Source of the DNA: Paraphysomonas bandaiensis
Taxonomy: Eukaryota > Protista > Chrysophyceae
Direction: 5' to 3'
Length of the DNA: 64,000 nt
Assembly (NCBI GenBank): GCA_965644295.1
Contig: CBFFRP010000370.1
Span: forward strand, 178,881 to 242,880
Shown here: positions 53,542 through 64,000 of the stretch, in pieces
How positions within the stretch are numbered: the first letter of the stretch is position 1
How the letters are laid out: the number at the start of each line of letters is the position of its first letter
Position numbers and translations under genes: made by a program
Notes under the pieces: model-generated
Databases searched by the model: none
The model's input: only the letters and a program-made list of their open reading frames with translations
Told to the model about the DNA's origin: nothing

Positions 53542-56004
53542 TTACAAAGACTTCTTCAAAGATGACTGCAACTCCTCCCCGGCTTGCGTGTACAGAAAAC
53601 TGTCATCGCTTCTCTGCTTTACCGAGTACTCCACAGGTTCTGTCAATTTCATGAACTTGATTCCAAGGTCTTTCTGAATGGCTCTAAATTTCTCCCACAG
53701 AGCAGTCCGCGCATTTAGCGTTCGTACCACCTGGAAGGATCACACCAGCGAAATTAACAATACTGATATAAATATCACATCCACTGACCTCTCCCCACCC
53801 GCCCATGTGAGAAGCCCAAACTGAATACTTTATAACATTCTTCGGAACATCCAATCCCACACAATATATATCCACCTCCTGCTCATGTGTCAGATTATAT
53901 GCATACAACATCAGCAACTGTAGTATACACCACCTTCCACTCGCCCTTCTTTTCAACTAGCAAATAGTGTTTCATATTTCGGAAAAAGTCATCAATAACG
54001 CTCTGATAAAAAGTAATAACACGTTTGCAGCAAATACCAAAGTCAATATGCACCTGAGGGCAACAAAGGGGACCATCTGAGCAGAACTCAATGTTGAGCT
54101 CAAACGTCGCGTTATGACTCTCATGAAGATTAATGATTCTCTCATGGAAAAGTACGTGGTTGGGAATGACAAGCTGCAAACACGATTAGGAAAACATATA
54201 TGTCCAAGAACTACATGCCTTCTCATTGAAAATACTGATCATTGTGGTGTAGAAAAGACTGATCGAGGCGATATTGCCTTTGGTTTGTGTACCAGACCCA
54301 TACCCTATGATCACTCTGTTGCCGACATCATATGGAATTAGGAAGAGGACAAACGCCAGAGAGAGGAATGTATTACTAATTATTGGTGCAAAGGCAAAGG
54401 AAAGTCCAAAAAGTATGGTGAGCATAGGTGCCAGCACCTGCAGTGTATCAATTCGCAATACAATCTGCCCAAGGAGAAACACCAATACCCAGAATACTAC
54501 GTTCACGATACCAAGAACCGACTGGTTGAGGCCTTGCAGATCAGAGAATGATCCCGAGGCGTATTTGACAGTCTTATAAAGTTGCATCACCCCCCACATT
54601 ATTTTCGCCTGCGTAATAGGGATGTCATCAGTTTCAGATTCACATCCAAACATAGCAAGGGTCCGCGGGATGAGATCTGCCTGCACCGCTGGGGAGAGAG
54701 ATTCGTCGTCATAGGAGCGCACTGCCTGACAGAGACTCGTCGCAGTAACAGGAATCGTGCCCCCACAACTAACGTGCAAGTACAGCCTCCGTGCAAATGA
54801 GGCTGCGTGCTTCTTATTGCGAATAGTTACCTCGCCGGCGGAGGTATGGATATGCAACATGCTATGGTTCAGTATGTTAATCCGCTTCCAGAAAGCGTTA
54901 CGCTCTCTCCTAGCCAATTCAACTTCTCCCTCATCATCAAGCACAACCCCACCCTCTGAAATGTCATCCGCAGCTTCTTCTTCTTCTTTAGCTGATGCTC
55001 TTACGATCTCAGCAAAAACATTCCGCATCCTGTCTTTCCTTGACATAGGGGCCCCGGAAGAGGCATTTGAGGTTCCAGTGGTATTGGTGGGCACTCGTTC
55101 TACAGTCCGCCGCTGCATGGGCGACACTACTCCAGTCCCCCCGTCTGATCCGGGGGATGGCTCGCGTCGCACCACTCTGGGACGAAAGGTAGTAGATGAA
55201 GCGAGCGAAGACAGAACCGTCTGACTGCTTTCGATACCCACCAACTTGTCCCGCAATCGCTCCTCAAGCAACTTCAGGTAATATTTCCTAAGGTGATATC
55301 TTTTCAGAGAGAAAATAACCAGTACAGATACCAAAACAGTGGCCTGTGCACCAATATCAGAACAATAAAGCAGTCTACAAATTCTGAGGAAAGCGTACCA
55401 TATTGTCCCAGTCAGCACTGATATCAGGCAGTTTCATGTCCTTGAACAGGTTTATAATTATAACAATGGTCATCATATGTCCAAGTGGCCCATCAAGAGA
55501 GCGAAGACAATACAATGTATCATACTGACCACTCCAAACACTTTCAATTACAAAGAAGAAAACATTCTCCGCAACAGAGGTGGATGCGTTTATGCCAATC
55601 GTGACACTCACAAAGTAAATCCACTCATCTGTGCTGAGATCCAGAAGGCGCTTGGAGTCAAACTGACCACCTGAGGACAGGAGGAGCAGCAGGAGGGGTA
55701 GAATGATGCAGTACCATCTGAGTCTCTTATACACATCTCGACACACGGGTTTACAGAGCTTACTGAGAGAGAGGCACTTGCTGAGAGCCGACTCCACGTT
55801 AAGATTACTGAACGGAGAGTCCGTTAGCCCCAACACTGACTGATAAGAGTCCTTTGAGCTCTCTTTTAATATGTTCTTCTCGATATCATGAACGACCAGC
55901 TCCTCCATCTCCTCCTCTGAATGAACGCGACTGTGAAGGTGACTCTGACTGTCTTCTGATCGCGGAGACACTTCAGGTGATGGATCAGCCGATAACAGTT
56001 CCAT
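53542..56004 (-). CDS. MscS-like mechanosensitive channel (multi-exon)
   Basis: FVLFLIPYDVGNRVII, ISLFYTTM, IPNHVL..IINLHES; several N-terminal TM segments. Confidence 0.85.
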
Positions 56005-56443
56005 AGTGCTCTACTGCTACAGCTGTAAGTCAGTTTAACCCGCAGAGAGTGTTGAGAGTCCACTCAACTCCATCGTGACGTATCATATCCGAATATCATA
56101 TCACACACACACACTGCTATGCACGTACACGTACATGGACATGTACAGTACACAGACTACACACGCTAGCGCATGGATGCATCATAAACCAACCACACAG
56201 AACACGCACCAGTAGAAGTCACTCATGCATGCACGAGCTGTATCTACTCTGTATTCCTATTGTACTCTGTCCTGTATTAGCAGAACATATACAGCAGTAT
56301 ACGGTATAGATGTGTGTATATATGTATATGAGCACTCTGAATATATACACATACAAACATACATACATGCATGTGACGAGAGCACTTTGATTCGCTGATG
56401 AGTTCCACACATCACAGACTGAACATTGATGTCTGACTGCAGG

Positions 56444-58769
56444 ATGATCTTTGCGGTGTGTCTGTGGGCTCTACTGGGAGTGGCTCATAGCAACAGACCG
56501 CCCCCTCCTCCTCCCAACTCCTTCCCGTATCCTCCTCCTGCATATGAGACGACAGCAGGAGCACCACATAACAAACAGCATGATGACTATCTCAAGCCTC
56601 CTCCTCCTCCGGGATACTTCTCTCCTTATGATCGATCAGAGTATTCAGTGTCTCGTAGAGATGGAGGGCTACTGGCCAGGTGAGTGCTGCTCCTGATGAT
56701 TATGATTGTTGACTGTTGAGTCGCAGAGTGAGGTCAGGAGTGCAGGCTATCGGCTCCATCGTATCCGGCGAGCCTTATCAACAACAACAGCAGCAACAAC
56801 AGATGTATCCATCGTACGGTCAACCGACAGCGCCGGTCTATGGAGACAGGTCCCCTCGAAGCACCCCACAAGTTAGTGTGATTACTCCTCGCTATTGCCG
56901 TGCGACTGTAATGCTGTGTAGACAACAGGCGTGCCGTCGCAGGACACAGGGGGATGGGGCGTTCTCAACAGGCTGCGGACACTGCTCTCTGAACGGTCGG
57001 CTCTGCAACAGCAGCAAGTGATGCAAGATTACCGCTCCCCTCAACCTTATGTGAGTGCATACATACAATGTGTTTGTGTGCTGATACAGAAGCTAGACTC
57101 CTCCTCGCTATGACAGACAATCAGAGGTATCTCAGCCTCAGCCTCAGCAGCGGCAACAGCAAGGGTATTCTCCTCAAGATTTCCCCCCACAAAATTACCC
57201 CACTCAGAGCTACCGCCCTCCGCAGCAGCAGAGTGTAGTTGAAGATGAACGGCACCATATACACCAAGAGGAGAGAGAGATCATGTCCACAGCTCCTTCT
57301 GCTAGTCACATCGCCACCTCCACGTCATCTCCCCCCTCTGAAGCCTTCATTCCCCCAGAGCCCGCCGTTATGGTGGTGGGGGATTGCATTGTTCTAGTTC
57401 TTAGACCCAGAGAATTCTTCAGGTGACATACCCACGTCCACAGAGAGCACTGAATATACACAATGCTATAAATGTACCGATTGCGCTGATCTGCGCTCAC
57501 TAACTGATTTCACTGCTAGGAAAAAAATGGCATTCGCAAGTGGAGGGACGAGAAACCTAAATGTTTTCACCGACTTTGAACACGTGCTAACTAAGTTCCA
57601 TTCTGACCCCTCGACTGGAGGTATGTAGAGAATCTGTGTCACTGGCCACTGAACATTCTTCTCTGGTGAATTGTCTTTTGTCTAACCATGCGTATTTGTA
57701 GCACGTGCTATGGGCAGTGCGGACCTTCTTGAGGCCTCGGGAGCCCTTCCACGAGAGGTTGTTGATCAGCTTCGGGCAGTGGCTGAGGAGTATGAGGGAC
57801 CTGATGTTGAAATGGATGAGGCTGCTTTTCAGGAGTTTACCACCCGGTGTCATGACCTGATTACTTCTTCTGGCCAACTTCACATGTCGTCTATTCCACG
57901 TATTACCAGGTTTTAATCTGACATCTCTTTTTCTTGCGCTGACACATGTCGATTGTAGAGAACTTTTACCTAGGCTTGGCATGCGAGAAGGCTGGCAAAG
58001 CGTGCTGAGTAGGCTTACTGCTGGTGGTGTGCCCACATACGTCTTCTCAAGTGGATATGGGGACATTGTGACTCATGCGCTTTCCAGCGCCGATTCCGCT
58101 CGACCACTTCCCCAGAACCTCAGGTGGGTCGGTTGCATTCGAAGTTTTGTTTACTGATTACCTTTGCAGAGTTATTTCTAACTTTTTTCGCGTAACCCCG
58201 GATGGAACTGTGAGAGGGTTCAGTTCTCCAAAAGTGCACGAGCGGTGGGTTTTGTGCATTCTACGTTGTGTATAGGTATTGACTAAAGTCTCAGGAATAA
58301 GAATGCCAGCACGGCTTCTTCACATATGGATATGCCTCTTCCTCAGCGGCCCCATGCCCTTATTTTGGGTTCGCATGAGGACGACATCGGCATGTCAGAG
58401 GGGTCCGGCGCTAGAGAAACGTTATCCGTGGGATTTCTTGAACTAACTCAAGAGTTCCCCATGAGACTCCCGGTAGTATACATGTCACTCGACTATTATT
58501 GTTTTCTTACACTGATGCTCTGCAGTCTTTCCTCAATACGTTTGATGCAGTCGTTCTAGGTGATGGGAGTTTCCAGTTTTGCAAGCGACTCATAGAAGAT
58601 ATAGTACAGGTGCTGTTTGTTGCATGCTTTACTGCAGAAGTGTATTGTTGATGTGTATGTTGTGCAGGCCAAAACAGATGGTCAAAGTCAGCGTAAGCAG
58701 CCGCTGAAGGTGCCACTGTCTGAGAGACAGAAGAGCTCTGCACCGTACGACTTCGGCGGATTTTTCTGA
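56444..58769 (+). CDS. Signal-peptide, Pro/Gln/Tyr-rich protein fused to a pyrimidine 5'-nucleotidase (cN-III/UMPH-1)-like HAD domain
   Basis: LNVFTDFEHVLTKF, FSSGYGDIV, VISNFF, GFSSPKVHERNKN, LILGSHEDDIGMSEG, SVGFL, FDAVVLGDGSF. Confidence 0.8.
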
Positions 58770-58847
58770 AAATTACTTTCTGTATAATTAGACTGCGGTG
58801 TATTTGCTCTGTGTAGCTGCTTCATAATAATACTTCATTTCATTCGA

Positions 58848-58881
58848 TTAGGGTTAGGGTTAGTCGATTAGGGTTAGGGTT
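58848..58881 (+). repeat. Short interstitial TTAGGG tract
   Basis: TTAGGGTTAGGGTTAG-TCGA-TTAGGGTTAGGGTT. Confidence 0.7.
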
Positions 58882-59096
58882 GGTTATGTTAGAATTGGAC
58901 ATTTCACTGAAGTTAACTTTGCTCTACACTTAAACCTTAACCTTGCTATGTTGAACACAATGCACTTTCAAGTAAGAAATTATAATTATTATCCTGAACA
59001 CTTCACTACATATTCGTGTAACATACGTTGAAACATCTGTTCCCAGCAACACCTGTTTATCATATGTTCTATATCTTGTATATTCACACATCAGTA

Positions 59097-61558
59097 ATTG
59101 AAGTCGTCATCTTATGGCATATCAGCATAGATTACCTATTCACCAGCTATACATGTATGCACTCAGTGTGTTTATGTTCATGCAACAGTTCAAGATCTAG
59201 ATATGTGGTATATGTTCTGTGTCTTCGCTCTGTGTGCTTCATACAACATATATAGACCATGTATGTGGTATATGTTCTCTGTATGTGCTTCATACAACAC
59301 ATTGAGACCATATATGTGGTATATGATCTGTATGTTCGCTGTGTGTGCTTTACACAGCACACAGAGACTGTATATGTGAAATGTGCTCTGTATATTCACT
59401 CTGCGTGCTTCATACAACATATATAGACCATGTATGTGGTATATGTTCTCTGTATGTGCTTCATACAACACATTGAGACCATATATGTGGTATATGATCT
59501 GTATGTTTGCTGTGTGTGCTTTACACAGCACACAGAGACTGTATATGTGAAATGTGCTCTGTATATTCACTCTGCGTGCTTCATACAACACGCAAGAACC
59601 ATATATGTGGTATATGATCTGTATGTTCGCTGTGTGTGCTTTACACAGCACACAGAGACTCTCTATATATTCACTCTGCGTGCTTCATACAACACGCAAG
59701 AACTATATATGTGGAATATGTTGTGAATATATTACTCTGTGCTCTTCATGCAACATACAGGGACTATGTATGTGTTATATGGTGCGTAGTATCACACTTT
59801 ACCCCTCATACAACACGCAAAGACTATATATGTGGTATATGATATATGCGTTCACTCTGTGCGCACCATGCGACACGCAGGGACTATATAAGTATTGTAT
59901 GATGTATGTATTATGTATTCACTATGTGCTCTTTGCTCTTCATGCAATACACAAGGACTATTGAAGTGCTATATGATGTGCATTTTTGAACTCTGTGCTT
60001 CATATAACACAGAGAGACTATTGAAGTGTTTTTAGTGATCTGTATGTTTACTATGTGCGCTTCGTACAGTACACAAGCACTCAATGTATGGTATATGACG
60101 TGTAGTTTCGCTCTCTATGCTTCGTATATAGTATTTAGCACATAGCGACTATGTAGGTAGTAGGCGCAGCACTTTGCAGTTATATATAGCACTGGGTTTA
60201 TATGTTTAGTCTGTAAACTCCGTCGAGTAGAATTTTAATAACAGTGGAAAATGACATTAAATTGTCATATTTTATTGTGTAGTATTAGTACTTAGAGTGC
60301 TACTGCCAACTGTACACGATGGGATAGGAAGCCAGAATAGTACAATAATAAAGTACTTATGTAAATAGTAAACCTTTAAAGCAAAAAATACGTTATCTAT
60401 TAAAAACTAAAAACAAGCGTGCACTGTGGATTACAGTGTTCAAATTAAAAAATCAGCAACATCAAACTTAACCATACACTGTGCTAGCTACAACCATATG
60501 CTACGCTACTTCCATCGCCCCATTGTCGTCAGGTGTTCTTAGTGCCTCGATTGCTTTATGAAGTCTGTACTGACGCCTCTTGGCGATACATATTCCTCGT
60601 AACAATACTTTTTCTTCGTCTCCATTTTCTCTGGCCTCAGCCTTGGCTGTCGGCCTATCCAAGCTATATCCCTATGTACTATATACTGTGTGCGAAGCAT
60701 AGTGAGTAAACACATACATCATATAACACTGATATAATCCCCGGCTACTATACGAAGCATAGAGAGCGAAACTACACGTCATATACCATACATTGAGTGC
60801 TTGTGTACTGTACGAAGCGCACATAGTAAACATACAGATCACTAAAAACACTTCAATAGTCTCTCTGTGTTATATGAAGCACAGAGTGCAAAAATACACA
60901 TCATATAGCACTTAAATAGTCCTTGTGTATTGCATGAAGAGCAATGAGCACATAGTGAATACATAATACATACATCATACAATACTTATATAGTCCCTGC
61001 GTGTCGCATGGTGCGCACAGAGTGAACGCATATATCATATACCACATATATAGTCTTTGCGTGTTGTATGAGGGGCAAAGTGTGATACTACGCACCATAT
61101 AACACATACATAGTCCCTGTATGTTGCATGAAGAGCACAGAGTAATATATTCACATCATATTCCACATATATAGTTCTTGCGTGTTGTATGAAGCACGCA
61201 GAGTGAATATACAGACAGTCTATGTGTGCTGTGTAAAGCACACACAGCGAACATACAGATCATATACCACATACATGGTCTATATATGTTGTATGAAGCA
61301 CGCAGAGTGAGTATACAGAGCACATTTCACATATACAGTCTCTGTGTGCTGTGTAAAGCACACACAGCGAACATACAGATCATATACCACATATATGGTC
61401 TATATATGTTGTATGAAGCACACAGAGCGAAGACACAGAACATATACCACATATCTAGATCTTGAACTGTTGCATGAACATAAACACACTGAGTGCATAC
61501 ATGTATAGCTGGTGAATAGGTAATCTATGCTGATATGCCATAAGATGACGACTTCAAT
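59097..61558. mobile_element. Foldback element: ~0.8-1.0 kb inverted arms built of ~42-43 bp subrepeats around a ~0.6 kb spacer
   Basis: 59097-~60133 is the near-perfect reverse complement of ~60746-61558; the left arm has additional subrepeat blocks. Confidence 0.88.
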
Positions 61559-62199
61559 ATTCGTGAAAACACAGTCTTAAAATATTGTAACGAGAATACG
61601 TAATAATAACAAGGTTATGTGTAGCACTAGCATCTATAATCATGTAAACAAGCAGCAGAATGCAACAAGAGACAATATAACACACTTATATACTCTTCCA
61701 CTCAAATACCTACACTTCAATGCAGACGACACAAACACAATGAAGCCATATATCGCATAGATCCGATATATATCCGCAAATACACTACAAATGAGACTAA
61801 TAATGAAGTGAGGTCTGCGCATGGAAGACTCCCTATTGTCTACATAGCAGCTGAATGATTATCTCCCCTAAAAATACAAACAATGAGCTTACAGGAAGCG
61901 GCAACAACGCTGAGTACATCACCAGGTTCAGAGGACCAGGAATACATCCCTCTCACTCCCCATCATCTGATATTTCAACCAGATATCAGTGTTGATGTGA
62001 CTAACCACAGAAACTATCCATTCTTATGTATTGGTGTATTTATTATGACAGGAGTGTACAAATATGATGATTTTAAAGGAATATACATACATGTATATCT
62101 ATATGAAGATCCGATTGCAATTCTGATGATAAAAAACACACTAAAGAATGGCACCTCAAAAAACAGCGACACCGGAAAACGGAGCGAGTGGGATACGAC

Positions 62200-63542
62200 C
62201 GACCACAACAACATTTTTATGTCCGTTGTTAAGGGGGTAACAGTGGGGCTGTTAATCGCCATAGCTTTCGTGATGAACATGGTAATTCATCAACTGGATG
62301 TGTCTAACGCATTTCTATATGCAGATATAGAGGGGGATGTATATATAGAAGGCAACTCCGGACTTTCAGCTGCCTGAGGGGTACTGCTTTAAGTTGAAGA
62401 AGTCGTTATACGGGCTTCGAGTTCCCATGATCGTGGTGGAAAACATTGGATAAATTCATACGATCTATACATTTTAAACCATGTGTATTAGACCCGTGTT
62501 GTATTATCAGTATAAGGGCGATGAATTGATATTATTAACGATATGTGGATGATATCCTAGTGTTAGGTCGCGATCGGTCATGCATAGTGAAGGTTATTAA
62601 AAGCTCAACTGTGTGCCCCGGTTTGATATGAGAGGATATGGGCGAGATGGAACATTTTCCTGAATGTTCGAGTCACAAGAACACCTGGTAGATTCGTCTT
62701 GACCAATCAGTATATGCGGCTCAGATCTTAGAAAAGTTTGAAAAGTATCTTGGGTCACCGCGAAAGGTACGGAAGAGTCCCCTACCGGCGGAAGCATATG
62801 GATTTAGTGGCAAAAAGGGGCGCGGCATGAGCATACCGAGGAGGAACAGCTTATAGTAGATAACTTCCCATATCGACTGTTGATAGGTGCATTACTATAT
62901 CTATCGATGAACACGAGGCCGGATATGTGCCTATGCAGTGGGAGTACTGTCTCGGTTCAGTAATAAGGTGAATATTGGAGAAGTATGCAAGCTATTAACA
63001 CATGTGCTTAATATATTCGTGGTTCTATTGACAAAAGGGATTCAATATGGGAGTAGAATGGGTTCGACTTCCATATATTTACTGACGGATTGGGCGGGAG
63101 ATCAGCTCTCCAGGAAGTCCACGTCGGGGTACGTTGGGTTTGCAGCGGGGAGGCCTATAGTCTGGCAGTCCAAACTGCAGACGACAGTGGCAACGTCAAG
63201 CATGCAGTCTGAGTATCAGTGTATTTACTCGGGTCTCCAAGAAGTGCTTTATGGGTTCGGGGGGTGACGGGTGAGATTAAGTTGAGGCTCATCAAACCCA
63301 CACCATTCTTCATCGACAGTCAGAGTGCCCAGGATTTGGCCGAAAACCCAGTGTTCACAAGAAGTCGAAGCACATTTGAGATTAAGTATCACATGGTGAG
63401 AGAGCACGTGGATCCCAATCAGTTCAATACGATTAAGTTAGTGCATGTGCATACATCGCAACAAGCAGCAGATATTTATACAAAGTCATTGGTTGGTTTA
63501 TCATATATGGAGCAGAGAAAGAGAAATCTTGGAGAAAGTTAA
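62200..63542 (+). pseudogene. Decayed Ty1/Copia pol (RT-RNase H), frameshifted
   Basis: HQLDVSNAFLY, KLKKSLYGL, YVDDIL, IGALLYLSMNTRPD, DWAGD..SRKSTSGY, WQSKLQTTVATSS..SEY, QAADIYTKSL spread across frames. Confidence 0.95.
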
Positions 63543-63717
63543 GAATTTCCACTGAAGTGATTAATGAGGGACCAAGGGATAAAAGAAGGCACACCAAGTA
63601 GGTACTGAGTTTTTAGACAGAGGTTTAGACTTAGAGATGAGTCTATTTTACTGTCCAAAGAATTTTTTATCCTCAGGCATTCAATAGCTGGGAGGCGTCA
63701 TAAGTACAACACTCAAT

Positions 63718-64000
63718 TGAGGGGGAGTGTTGAGATCTGAAAGATTCTATATACTTGCAATTGAGTGCAGTATTATGTGAGATGCAAGGATCGAAAGATA
63801 TATATGTAATTAGTACATTATATTATGTAGTATGAAACTGAAGTAGAAGTGGATGACTATACAGGATACGATCACTGAGTGGGTGGTTTGTACACTATAG
63901 TAGTAAATGAATGGTGTTGAACACATCGAACACAACTTAGGTTCTTTATCATGTAATGTTTATAATTTCATCTTATCAGTTGAGAATAGTAAACCTTAGC
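63718..64000 (+). mobile_element. Polypurine tract and 3' LTR of the Copia element
   Basis: GAGGGGGAG immediately followed by TGTTGAG at 63728; the window ends in ..CCTTAGC, compatible with an LTR end at about 64001. Confidence 0.8.

Noticed and set aside
58848-58881. True chromosome end
   Set aside because: Only about four units, interrupted, with 5 kb of further sequence beyond.
1-64000. tRNA or rRNA genes
   Set aside because: No cloverleaf or rRNA-like segment recognised by eye; the T-loop-like GGTTCGAAT at ~410 is inside an exon. A tRNAscan/Infernal run would be needed to exclude them.

Overview
Eukaryotic nuclear DNA from a protist, probably a flagellated stramenopile (inferred from ~45-60 nt spliceosomal introns and gene content, not from a diagnostic marker). 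It holds about 16 protein-coding genes, nearly all with introns: RNF10-like RING ligase, class II CPD photolyase, small HSP, Caprin-like protein, tandem p25alpha protein, GOLD/coiled-coil protein, SLD5, a tandem two-module Kv channel, CDC14, a fucosyltransferase-like GT, prolyl 4-hydroxylase, an MscS-like channel, a 5'-nucleotidase-III-like protein and three unknowns. Ten of them form five head-to-head pairs with TATG-microsatellite-rich 5' regions. Mobile DNA fills the other intergenic gaps. It includes a Mutator-like element (9-bp TSD) carrying a virus-fibre-like coding fragment, partly included in a 2.65-kb tandem duplication whose copies differ almost only in that fragment. It also includes nested hAT elements, a ~2.5-kb foldback, a decayed Copia with its 3' LTR, and a dispersed modular repeat family ending in a conserved RNA structure (GNRA tetraloop, G-U-rich stem). 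Exon boundaries were read by eye, and several start codons are uncertain.
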